DNA from: Bacteroidales bacterium Bact_11
Lineage (GTDB): Bacteria; Bacteroidota; Bacteroidia; Bacteroidales; UBA932
Direction of reading: 5' to 3'
Assembly: GCA_001603505.1 (NCBI GenBank)
Contig: LUZC01000012.1
Span: forward strand, 10,725-74,724
Length of the DNA: 64,000 nt
A model generated the notes under the pieces. The model did no database searches, was not told the origin of the DNA, and was given only the letters and a program-made list of their open reading frames with translations. This document shows, in pieces, positions 54,014 to 62,163 of this stretch. The translations under genes were made by a program, and so were the position numbers. Positions within the stretch are counted from its first letter, which is position 1. Each line of letters opens with the position of its first letter.

Positions 54014-55216
54014 ATGAAGTCGCGCGCCCTGCCGCAAACCTGTGTTTTGGTTGTGCTGGCCGCCATGCTGATTTCAGGTGTGGCGGCCGCGCAGCCTGCG
54101 GACTCGCTTCGCAGGGAGGCCCTTTCCGAGGCCCGCTACCTGAAGAGCATCTTCAAGACCGACGCGGCCATCGAACGGCTGTCGGAATGGGTGACGCCGG
54201 GCGTATTCGACGAAGAGGTCCTCTCCGAACTGGCCGACTGCCACTTCATCAACGGCGATTATGCCGCCGCGGCCGGCACCTACCAACTGCTGTCGTTGCG
54301 GGCGCCGGACAACCTGCTCTACAAGGTCAAACAGATGCAGGTCGCCTTCCGGATGAAGGACTACGAAGCCAGTGCGCGGATCGGCAGGGAGGTGCTGGCG
54401 CAGGATTCCATCCCGGCCGTGGCCGCGCTGGTCGGCGATGCCTACAACCTGGCAAACCTTTCCGACTCGGCGTTGGTCTGTTACCGGCAGGCGCTCGCGC
54501 TCAAGCCTGTCAACGAGGCGGTCGTCAGCAAGGCCGCAAACATCCTGCTCGCCGACAAGGATTACGACGCTGTCCTCGAAATGACGGGCGAATACCTGGC
54601 CCTCGACCCGGACAACCTGACCGTGACGCCCATCCGGGGGCTGGCTTATTATCTGAGCGCACAGTACGATTCCTCGCTGGTCGTCTTCCAGAAGCTGGAA
54701 GACCTGGGCGTCGACAACTATCCCGTGCACTTTTATCTGGGCCAGAGCTACTGGCACACCAACGTCCCTTACCGGGCCGAACCGGAGCTGCGGAAAGCCT
54801 GGGCCATCGATTCCTCCGATGCCAACCTGGCCTGGACCATCGCGGCCGTACGGACCGACATGCTGATCAGGCCCTTCGACAAATACGTGGAGCCCTGGCT
54901 CGACAAGGCCACCGCCCTGATCCAGCCCGACTCCTCGCTCGTATCCCGCATCCATCAGCAATATGCCAAGGGCTACTACGGAGAAGAGAAGTTCGACAAG
55001 GCCATCGCGCACTATCAAGAGGCCTACCGATACAATCCTTCCTTCATCCAGGCCCTCTCCTCCATCGCCTATTGCTACGAACGGCTGAAAAAGTATAAAC
55101 TGGCGCTCGACTATTACGAACGCTACCTCAAAGTGGCCCGGCCCGGCTCCCGCGGCTACGAATTCGCCAAGAAATCCATCGACTACATCAAAGGCGAAAT
55201 TTTTATGGAAGAATGA
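54014..55216 (+). CDS. Secreted TPR-repeat protein
   Basis: Signal peptide and multiple TPR-like units (e.g. KFDKAIAHYQEAYRYNPSFIQALSSIAYCYERLKKYKLALDYYERYL). Starts 2 nt after the BlaR1-like stop. Confidence 0.8.
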   Translation: MKSRALPQTCVLVVLAAMLISGVAAAQPADSLRREALSEARYLKSIFKTDAAIERLSEWVTPGVFDEEVLSELADCHFINGDYAAAAGTYQLLSLRAPDNLLYKVKQMQVAFRMKDYEASARIGREVLAQDSIPAVAALVGDAYNLANLSDSALVCYRQALALKPVNEAVVSKAANILLADKDYDAVLEMTGEYLALDPDNLTVTPIRGLAYYLSAQYDSSLVVFQKLEDLGVDNYPVHFYLGQSYWHTNVPYRAEPELRKAWAIDSSDANLAWTIAAVRTDMLIRPFDKYVEPWLDKATALIQPDSSLVSRIHQQYAKGYYGEEKFDKAIAHYQEAYRYNPSFIQALSSIAYCYERLKKYKLALDYYERYLKVARPGSRGYEFAKKSIDYIKGEIFMEE

Positions 55217-55310
55217 AAATTTTTCCAACCTTTCAGCCGGGTTTTGCGTTATAGCAATGTAAACGCCCCGCAAAGGGCGAAATTGTTAAACGCTTAAACA
55301 AATAAACACT

Positions 55311-55745
55311 ATGAATTTAGTTGCAATTTTGATTCCGCTGGGCGTATGTGTGGTACTGCCCGTCCTGATAGTCTGGATCATCGGCCGTGTACGGAAGAAC
55401 GAAACCGACCGCAAGGCCGAAATCATGCTGAAGGCCATCGAGAACGGCGTCGCCATCGATCCCGAGATGTTCAAAGCAGCGCCGAAGAACAAGTCCATCA
55501 AAAAGGATCTCCTCGATAAACTCAACGGTGCCTGCATCACCGGCCTGATCGGCGTCGCTTTCCTGCTGATCTTCTTCTTCGGACGTGAATGGGCCGACAA
55601 TTTCTTCCCGACCGCCTTCTATCTCATTGCCGGAGGCGTGCTTGTGGCCGTGGGCATCGGACTGTTCATCTCCTACTTCACGGGCAAGAAACTGCTGGCA
55701 AAAGAGATCGAAGCCGAGGAAAAAGGATTACAGGAGAAAGAATAA
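55311..55745 (+). CDS. Small polytopic membrane protein (3 TM), function unknown
   Basis: TM segments at the N-terminus, middle and C-terminus, plus a charged C-terminal tail. First gene of the ECF sigma unit. Confidence 0.68.
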   Translation: MNLVAILIPLGVCVVLPVLIVWIIGRVRKNETDRKAEIMLKAIENGVAIDPEMFKAAPKNKSIKKDLLDKLNGACITGLIGVAFLLIFFFGREWADNFFPTAFYLIAGGVLVAVGIGLFISYFTGKKLLAKEIEAEEKGLQEKE

Positions 55746-55748
55746 ACG

Positions 55749-56225
55749 ATGACCCGGGATCGGTTCATCTCCGAAGTAAGGGCGTGTCAGGGACGGCTGC
55801 GGCGGTTCCTGACCTCGTTGTGCGGAGATGCCGCCCTGGCCGACGACATCGCGCAGGAGGCGCTGGTGCGGGCCTATGTGAACTCGGACCGCTTCGTCGG
55901 GAACTTCAAGGCCTGGGTCTTCCGGATTGCCTATAATTGCTTTATCGACAACCTGCGGCGTGTGCCGGCGCCGTCGGTGTCGTTCGACTCCCCCGAGGTA
56001 CTGCACGTGGCCGACGCTTCAGCCTCGGATGCGGCGTTCCGGCACGAGGAACTGCAGCGGGCGCTGACGCGAATTCCGGAGAAAGAGCGCACAGCCATCG
56101 TCCTGCACTATTTCGAAGACCTTCCCGTCAAGGAGATCGCCTCCATCATGCAGATTCCTACCGGTACGGTCAAGTATCATCTTTCGGTGGGCAGAGACCA
56201 CCTCAAACAGCACATCCGCTTATGA
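55749..56225 (+). CDS. ECF-type RNA polymerase sigma-70 family factor
   Basis: Region 2 (DDIAQEALVRAYVNSDRF...FKAWVFRIAYNCFIDNLRR) and region 4 (ERTAIVLHYFEDLPVKEIASIMQIPTGTVKYHL). Confidence 0.9.
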   Translation: MTRDRFISEVRACQGRLRRFLTSLCGDAALADDIAQEALVRAYVNSDRFVGNFKAWVFRIAYNCFIDNLRRVPAPSVSFDSPEVLHVADASASDAAFRHEELQRALTRIPEKERTAIVLHYFEDLPVKEIASIMQIPTGTVKYHLSVGRDHLKQHIRL

Positions 56226-56584
56226 AGGATATCGAACAGTTTTTACGCGAAAACGCGCCGGATATGCCGGACGATGGGCAGTTCATGGTTGAAACGAATG
56301 CCCGGTTGAATTCCGTGGAGGGCATCAAGAAGACGGTGGACGGAGAGCGTCGCCGCTGGCGGAAAGCACTGGTCATCGCACTGGTGGTGGGCCTGGCGGT
56401 CGGCTGCCTGCTGACGCTGCTGGTGCTGTTCTGTCCCTTCGAGCCCGTCCAGGCGGAAGATTCCACGCTCATCAAGGCGCTTGAAGCGATGCAGCACGGG
56501 AAAGAATTCCTGTTCGGCATCATCGCCGCCCTCGCCATCGCGCTGGGCGTTGTTTCCATAACAAAGAAGCGAGAGGCGCTGTAG
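56222..56584 (+). CDS. Small membrane protein, putative anti-sigma factor
   Basis: ATGA overlap with the sigma gene. Cytoplasmic N-terminal ~45 aa, then 2 TM. No zf-HC2 motif seen. The ORF-track start at 55937 lies inside the sigma gene. Confidence 0.58.
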   Translation: MKDIEQFLRENAPDMPDDGQFMVETNARLNSVEGIKKTVDGERRRWRKALVIALVVGLAVGCLLTLLVLFCPFEPVQAEDSTLIKALEAMQHGKEFLFGIIAALAIALGVVSITKKREAL

Positions 56585-56598
56585 TCTGCAGGCCTCCG

Positions 56599-59580
56599 TC
56601 AGAACATCATGTTCATCGCAGCGCGGTTGGCCTTCTGACTGTGGGCGGCGTTGAGCTTGCCGAAGTTCCATTTGAAGGTGATGAAGAAGTGGCGGCCCAG
56701 CTGGTTGAACATCGCATCTTCCACATAGTTGTCGGTCGTGAAATGGCGTGTGGTGCGCACCTGGTTCAGGATGTCGCTCGCATGGAAGCCGATGGCAAAC
56801 TGCTTGATGTTCTTTGCAACGGAAAAATCCCACATCAGATAGGGCTCGTTGTACCCGGAAGGAAATCCGTGGAAGAAATTGTACTCGAGGTCCGTTTCAA
56901 ATTCCCACCCGTGCGGTGCCGTAGCCTCGGTCCAGAACCATATGTCGCTGCTCCAGGTCTTCGTATCGGCTGCGCTGTCGAGGGAATAATGGGTGTTCCG
57001 ATACTGGGTACTGCCGCTCAGTTCCACCGTAAGGAAATCGTTGCGGTACTGGAAGCCAAGCCCGGGACTGAGCATGAGGCTGTTGGTGACGCTCTCGCTG
57101 AAACCGCTTTGTCCCGAGTAGAATCGGTCGCCCCTCTCGTCGCCCCAGAACTCAGACATGAATTGCGCGTAATCAAACGTCTCGACATCGAGCCCGGCCA
57201 GTTTCCGTGTGTTCTGGTAGCTGATGGTGCGACTGTCGGATGCGGACAATTGCACATCCAGCTTTAACCGTTTGTCCTTGGTCAGCGGGAAGGTGACTCC
57301 ACTATAGATGGAAGCCGCGAGCGCCGGCTTCCCGGAATTGACCGGAACGGAATACTGGATGCCGTCGCTGTCGAACCAGCTGGCCGTCACCATCTGGCGC
57401 TGGTTCAGCGAAGAGTTTAGATAAAGATATATGCTCCGCTGCTGCTGGGGGGCGTTAAGGTAGATGTTTCCGTTGAGATAATGGCCGTAGGCCGGCTTCA
57501 GGTAGATGTTGCCGGTCTGGATACGGGTAGGAACCGAGATGTCGAGCACTGGCAGCTGGCGTGCGGACGATGGACGCGTGGACCGCCCGCTGTAAAAAAC
57601 CGAGATACTTTTCTGTTCCTTCATCCAGCGGAAATTGAGATACGGGTTCCAGTCCAGCAACCATTCGCCGAGGCCGGTTTCCGTCTCAATGCCCAGCGTC
57701 AGCGCCTGCGTCTCGTTGAGCGTCTCCTGCATCTGCGCGCCCAGTTGCAGTGAGGTCTGGTCCTTCTTGTACTGGAACTGCACACTCTCATTGAAATACA
57801 CATAAGTGTTCTTGGTGAACGACGAGTAGTAATCGTTGTGCTGGGTGTAGTCCTTTTTGTCAATTACCGAAGGGTTGAAGCCCGCCTCCCCTGCCGTGCG
57901 GTTGTAGGCGTCCTTGGTGTTGTTGCGCCAGGAACCGTAGCTGTTGACGTTGACCGAGAGCGTCCACCGCTCGGCCAGCGGCTCATTGTAGCTCAGACGG
58001 ACGTTACCGCTGTAGTTGCGGTTGTCCGTCACGTAGAACAGATCGCGGGTGACGGGGCACACGGGATCCTGCAGGAAAGTCTGCGAGAATTCCCGGCTGT
58101 CCGCATCGTTATCCGTCAGGGAATAATTGCCCGACAAGGTCAGGTTGCGGAGCTTGTTGCCGCCCAGTTCCTTGATGCCGAATGAGAACGACGAATTGTG
58201 CGAGAAGGTGCGCGACTCGCCGTAATTGCTGGAAGAAGCGCTGTTGAGCCGCAGGCCGCCCTCCTTTTGGTACGATTCATTGTCGTTATAAGCTTCCGTC
58301 TTACCGCCGGCGTAGCGGAATGTAGGCGTGAAGCTCACCATAAAGCGTTTGCGGTCGGTGTTCTTGAGTTCGAGGTTGACCTTCACATTATCGCCGGTCA
58401 CGAAATTCTTGCTTTCCGTACCCGTGAAGATGTCACTGCCGCCGGTCAAGAACGTCGTCCGTTCCGACCGGCTGCGCGAATCGTTGAACGAGTGGTTGTA
58501 GTTAGCCGCCGCCGTGCTCTCCATTCCCTTGATGCGTGTGGTGTTGTAGTTCGCGCCCAATTGCCGGTAGGTCTGGATGCCGCCGCCACCGCCTCCGATA
58601 CGCGTCTCGGACATTTCATCGCCGTCATAACTGCGGAATACGACAATGCCATCGTTTTCCGAAATCGGTGCATTGTAGGCCCCGCCCACCAGCACGATCT
58701 GGTCCTTCTCGTTGTAGCCGGAGGCCATCACGTTGCCGGTATAGAGGAAGCCGCGGTTGTCCACCATCTCGTCTTTGCGGTCGCCGGCCAGCGTCGTACC
58801 GGCGCCGGCCTGGGCGTTGCCGAACCACCCCTTCTGAAACTCCTGCTTGAACTCCAGGTCCATCACCTTCTCGCGGTCGGTCGCCACGCCCGTGAACTGC
58901 TCGGAATCGCTCGCCTTGTCGATGACCTTCACCTTGTCCACGACCTTGGCCGGCAGGTTCTTCAGCGCCATTTTCGGGTCGTCGAAGAAGAAGGTCTTGC
59001 CGCCCACGGTGATCTTCTGGATGGTTTCGCCGTTGTATTTCACCGTACCGTCCTTAGAAACCTCCATGCCGGGCATCCGCTTGAGCAGGTCCTCCAGCAT
59101 CTGGTTCTGCCCCATCTGGAAAGAAGCAGCGTTGAAAATGATGGTGTCCTGCCTGATTTCGATGGGATTGCCGATGGCCGACACGTGCGCTGCATCGAGC
59201 ATCTGGGCATCTTCCGCCAGGCGGACCGTCCCCAGGTCTACCGAATCCTTGTCCCACCCGAAGGAGAAATAGTGCTCCTTGTTATAGGTCTTGTAGCCCA
59301 GCATTTCGACCGTCAGGACGTACGTGCCACGCGTCACTTTTGTGATGCGAGCCACGCCCGTCGTGTCGGTCAGCGTGAAGTTGGTGATCAGCGTATCGTT
59401 CTTGGCCGTCAGATAGGCCGAAGCATACGGCACGGGCACATCCGTCTTTTCTTCCAGCACCTTGACGATCACCGAGCCCTGGTTGTTCTCGAACAGGCTG
59501 CCGGGGATGAATTGTGCATGGGCGGTTTGGGCGGTAAGGCCCAGCAGGAGCAGCAGCGCGACATATCTGATTCTTTTCAT
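56599..59580 (-). CDS. Outer-membrane beta-barrel receptor-like protein (CarboxypepD_reg N-domain, plug-like segment, large barrel)
   Basis: Signal peptide. N-terminal Ig-like SVIVKVLEEKTD...GTYVLTVEMLGYKT. LLKRMPGMEVSKDGTVKYNGETIQKITVGGKTFFF is plug-like. C-terminus ends ...NMMF. Confidence 0.86.
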   Translation of the reverse strand: MKRIRYVALLLLLGLTAQTAHAQFIPGSLFENNQGSVIVKVLEEKTDVPVPYASAYLTAKNDTLITNFTLTDTTGVARITKVTRGTYVLTVEMLGYKTYNKEHYFSFGWDKDSVDLGTVRLAEDAQMLDAAHVSAIGNPIEIRQDTIIFNAASFQMGQNQMLEDLLKRMPGMEVSKDGTVKYNGETIQKITVGGKTFFFDDPKMALKNLPAKVVDKVKVIDKASDSEQFTGVATDREKVMDLEFKQEFQKGWFGNAQAGAGTTLAGDRKDEMVDNRGFLYTGNVMASGYNEKDQIVLVGGAYNAPISENDGIVVFRSYDGDEMSETRIGGGGGGIQTYRQLGANYNTTRIKGMESTAAANYNHSFNDSRSRSERTTFLTGGSDIFTGTESKNFVTGDNVKVNLELKNTDRKRFMVSFTPTFRYAGGKTEAYNDNESYQKEGGLRLNSASSSNYGESRTFSHNSSFSFGIKELGGNKLRNLTLSGNYSLTDNDADSREFSQTFLQDPVCPVTRDLFYVTDNRNYSGNVRLSYNEPLAERWTLSVNVNSYGSWRNNTKDAYNRTAGEAGFNPSVIDKKDYTQHNDYYSSFTKNTYVYFNESVQFQYKKDQTSLQLGAQMQETLNETQALTLGIETETGLGEWLLDWNPYLNFRWMKEQKSISVFYSGRSTRPSSARQLPVLDISVPTRIQTGNIYLKPAYGHYLNGNIYLNAPQQQRSIYLYLNSSLNQRQMVTASWFDSDGIQYSVPVNSGKPALAASIYSGVTFPLTKDKRLKLDVQLSASDSRTISYQNTRKLAGLDVETFDYAQFMSEFWGDERGDRFYSGQSGFSESVTNSLMLSPGLGFQYRNDFLTVELSGSTQYRNTHYSLDSAADTKTWSSDIWFWTEATAPHGWEFETDLEYNFFHGFPSGYNEPYLMWDFSVAKNIKQFAIGFHASDILNQVRTTRHFTTDNYVEDAMFNQLGRHFFITFKWNFGKLNAAHSQKANRAAMNMMF

Positions 59581-59620
59581 GCTTTACGACATCGGAGTAC
59601 GGGTTGCCGAATAGCAAAAA

Positions 59621-60013
59621 TTATACCCTCGGCTTCTGGATGACGCGGATGACCAGGGAAAGGAAATAGATAATCAGGCCATAGAAGGTTGAAATCATGG
59701 CCACGCGGAGGCCGCCGCACATCACGGCTGGACTGATCGTATCGCCGAACATCTCTATCACGCCGAATATCTGGAAGAGGCCGCAAAGTGTCCAGAAGAC
59801 CGAGACGACGAGCGCGCCGATGCCGATCTCCTTGACCCAGCGCGGGGCTTTCCACGCGGCCAGCAGCAGGGCGATGAGCAGCAGGGAAAGGACGATCATG
59901 CCCGGCATACCGCCTTCGACAAAGAAGCGGGCGATGGTCCATTCGGGGACTTCGACGGTTTCTGGCTGAAAGACACCCAGTGAATCAGCCACAAAGTAAG
60001 TTTCTTCTTTCAT
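59621..60013 (-). CDS. Minimal MotA/TolQ/ExbB-family proton-channel-like protein (130 aa, 3 TM)
   Basis: Three TM segments. The C-terminal half ISPAVMCGGLRVAMISTFYGLIIYFLSLVI resembles the MotA_ExbB signature helix pair. Lies 40 nt upstream of the OM barrel gene. Confidence 0.68.
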   Translation of the reverse strand: MKEETYFVADSLGVFQPETVEVPEWTIARFFVEGGMPGMIVLSLLLIALLLAAWKAPRWVKEIGIGALVVSVFWTLCGLFQIFGVIEMFGDTISPAVMCGGLRVAMISTFYGLIIYFLSLVIRVIQKPRV

Positions 60014-60025
60014 GGTAGTGCGTTT

Positions 60026-60033
60026 TAAGTTTG
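60026..60033 (+). promoter_or_regulatory. Orphan -7-type promoter box TAagTTTG
   Basis: TAAGTTTG on the + strand, interlocked with the minus-strand box at 60037-60044 in the near-palindrome TAAGTTTGCTGCAAAGTTA. Confidence 0.4.
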
Positions 60034-60036
60034 CTG

Positions 60037-60044
60037 CAAAGTTA
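60037..60044 (-). promoter_or_regulatory. -7 promoter box TAacTTTG (ExbB-like / OM barrel operon)
   Basis: The minus strand reads TAACTTTG, 23 nt upstream of the ATG at 60013. Confidence 0.5.
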
Positions 60045-60139
60045 CGGACGGAGGGTGCGAGCCGCCAAATCTATATCCCTCCGTGGCCCGGTTAAAACCC
60101 ACTCTGGAGCCGGCGGACTTGCCGGGCCGTCGGTTTTTT
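60040..60139 (+). ncRNA. Candidate ~100-nt intergenic transcript (sRNA, or terminated leader upstream of the LytTR gene)
   Basis: Bounded by the + strand -7 box (60026-60033) and a terminator-like hairpin plus T6 (60110-60139). Internal hairpin ACGGAGGG/CCCTCCGT (60048-60055 and 60077-60084). No ORF. Confidence 0.3.
60110..60139 (+). terminator. Terminator-like hairpin with T6 and no upstream + strand gene
   Basis: CCGGCGG (60110-60116) pairs with CCGTCGG (60127-60133; one G-U). 10-nt loop, then TTTTTT at 60134-60139. Confidence 0.45.
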
Positions 60140-60141
60140 CT

Positions 60142-60149
60142 TATTTTTG
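60142..60149 (+). promoter_or_regulatory. -7 promoter box TAttTTTG (LytTR gene)
   Basis: TATTTTTG ends 7 nt before the ATG at 60157. Confidence 0.5.
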
Positions 60150-60156
60150 TTTTGAA

Positions 60157-60840
60157 ATGAAAACCGCAGGACGCATCGGATACTGGTTGGTCGCGCTGGC
60201 ACTGATCGCCGCGATTCTGGTCAGCCTGAACTATACCTGGAGCCAGGCCATCCTGATCAGCCTCGTATTCTGCCCTTGCGCCATCCTCCTGGAATGGCTG
60301 ATGCCGAAAGCTGTCCGGCCGATACAGAAGGTCTATGTCGCCCTGGCTGTGCTGATGCTTGCCATCCTGCTATTGATTCTCCTGCATTGCCTGCTGTGGA
60401 GCCCGTTCATGAAGACGGAGTTCTGGAGAATGCTGGAGGTGCAGCCCGTGCTGGTTAACCCGGTATTTCTGGGACTTGTCATGGCCGCACTCGCGCTGGG
60501 CGACAACGCCTGGAGTAAGTGGCTTGAACGGAAACTCGCCGCCCAACCCCGCAACATCTCCTTCTACTCCGACCGTAAGACCGTCACGCTCGACGTCCAG
60601 GAAATCGCCTTCATCGAATCGAACGACACGGAGGTCCGCCTGGTAACGCGCGACGGCCGCTCCTTCCGCAACAAGACCCGCATCGGTCAGTGGGAAGCGA
60701 TTCTGGGCGAAGGATTCGTCCGCATCCACCGCTCCTACCTGGTCAACCGCGCCTACATCACCTCCTCTTCCGACGATTCCCTCCTCGCCGCCGGCCACAC
60801 CCTGCCGATTTCGCGGAAGTACCGCAACGCCTTGTCGTAG
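60157..60840 (+). CDS. Membrane-anchored LytTR-family DNA-binding protein
   Basis: About 4 N-terminal TM segments, then a LytTR domain (VQEIAFIESNDTEVRLVTRDGRSFRNKTRIGQWEAILGEGFVRIHRSYLVN). The ORF-track start at 60031 precedes the promoter box. Confidence 0.8.
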   Translation: MKTAGRIGYWLVALALIAAILVSLNYTWSQAILISLVFCPCAILLEWLMPKAVRPIQKVYVALAVLMLAILLLILLHCLLWSPFMKTEFWRMLEVQPVLVNPVFLGLVMAALALGDNAWSKWLERKLAAQPRNISFYSDRKTVTLDVQEIAFIESNDTEVRLVTRDGRSFRNKTRIGQWEAILGEGFVRIHRSYLVNRAYITSSSDDSLLAAGHTLPISRKYRNALS

Positions 60841-60858
60841 CCCTTTGTGGAAAATGTT

Positions 60859-60866
60859 TATCTTTG
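60859..60866 (+). promoter_or_regulatory. -7 promoter box TAtcTTTG (hydrolase gene)
   Basis: TATCTTTG ends 4 nt before the ATG at 60871, which supports that start. Confidence 0.5.
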
Positions 60867-60870
60867 CTTC

Positions 60871-62163
60871 ATGAAAAGAATACTTGCTACTGCCATTTTG
60901 CTATTGGGCATGCTGCCCATGGCGTTTGCCCAGACGGGAACCTGGTCCGGAACGCTTGAAGTTCAAGGGGCCAAGTTGTCATTGGTTTTTCATCTGGATG
61001 AGGAGAACCCGACGATTGATTCGCCCGACCAGGGCGTACGCGGGATCAAGGTGCAGGTGGAGCGGACCGAATTCGGGAAGATTACCATTCAGATTCCCGC
61101 CTTTGGCGCGACCTACGAAGGCCAGTTGATCATGCAGCAGATCTATGGGACCTTCACGCAGATGGGCGCTTCGCTCCCGCTGACGCTCAAGCCAGGTGAG
61201 CCCAAGTTGAACCGGCCGCAGACGCCGAAGGGACCGTTCCCGTATGCGCAGGAGGAAGTATCCTTCACCAACGGCGATGCGGTGCTGAAAGGCACGCTGG
61301 TGCTGCCCGAGGGCTGCAACCGGCAGACGCCCGTCCTTATCATGGTAACTGGCAGTGGCCTACAGAACCGTAACGAGGAACTCTTCGAGCACAAACCGTT
61401 TGCCGTCATCGCCGACGCACTGGCCCGTGCCGGAATCGCCACCCTTCGATACGACGACCGCGGCTTCGGCGAATCGACCGGCGACGCGATCAATTGCACG
61501 ACCGAAGATTTGAAAAACGATGCGTTGGCCGGCATCCGTCTGCTGCGGGAGCGCTTCGACAAGGTGGGTGTGATCGGCCACAGCGAAGGAGGCACGATCG
61601 CCATGATGCTGGCAGCGGATAAGCAGGCCGATTTCATCGTGAGCCTGGCCGGGATGGCCGTTTCAGGAGCGGAAACGCTCGTGTGGCAGAACCGGCTTTC
61701 TTTAGCGGCCGCCGGCATCCCTGAAGAGACCATTGATGTTTACTGCAAGTTGGTGGGTGAAGCGTTCGACGCACGGGTTCACGGCGGTGTCATGCCGCAG
61801 CCCGGCCCCGACATGCCGGAAATCCTGAAACAGACTTACCAGACCGCGCTGACGCAGATCCAGACGCCCTATATGAAGTACTTTCTGTCTCTGGACATGC
61901 GTCCGCTGCTGGGCAGCATTACCTGCCCCGTCCTCGCGCTCAACGGCACCAAGGACATGCAGGTCGAATACGAAAGCAATCTGGGCGCCATGCGCGAAGG
62001 CCTGCCGGACAATCCCGAGAACAAGATCGAGCCCGTCGAGGGCCTGAATCACATGTTCCAGCACTGCGCCACCGGAATGGTCACGGAATACAGGCAGATC
62101 GAAGAGACCTTCGCACCCGAGGTGCTGGAGATCATGATATCCTGGATTGCCAGCCTATTCTGA
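60871..62163 (+). CDS. Secreted alpha/beta-hydrolase-fold protein
   Basis: Signal MKRILATAILLLGMLPMAFAQ. Nucleophile elbow GHSEGG. N-terminal ~120-aa beta-rich extension. Confidence 0.84.
   Translation: MKRILATAILLLGMLPMAFAQTGTWSGTLEVQGAKLSLVFHLDEENPTIDSPDQGVRGIKVQVERTEFGKITIQIPAFGATYEGQLIMQQIYGTFTQMGASLPLTLKPGEPKLNRPQTPKGPFPYAQEEVSFTNGDAVLKGTLVLPEGCNRQTPVLIMVTGSGLQNRNEELFEHKPFAVIADALARAGIATLRYDDRGFGESTGDAINCTTEDLKNDALAGIRLLRERFDKVGVIGHSEGGTIAMMLAADKQADFIVSLAGMAVSGAETLVWQNRLSLAAAGIPEETIDVYCKLVGEAFDARVHGGVMPQPGPDMPEILKQTYQTALTQIQTPYMKYFLSLDMRPLLGSITCPVLALNGTKDMQVEYESNLGAMREGLPDNPENKIEPVEGLNHMFQHCATGMVTEYRQIEETFAPEVLEIMISWIASLF

Noticed and set aside
55250-55300. Direct repeat TAAACGC (two copies about 27 nt apart) upstream of the ECF sigma unit, considered as an autoregulated ECF promoter.
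   Set aside because: The spacing and sequence do not fit a -35/-10 ECF architecture that I can justify (GAAC-like -35, CGT-like -10 at 16-17 nt). The evidence is too weak to call.
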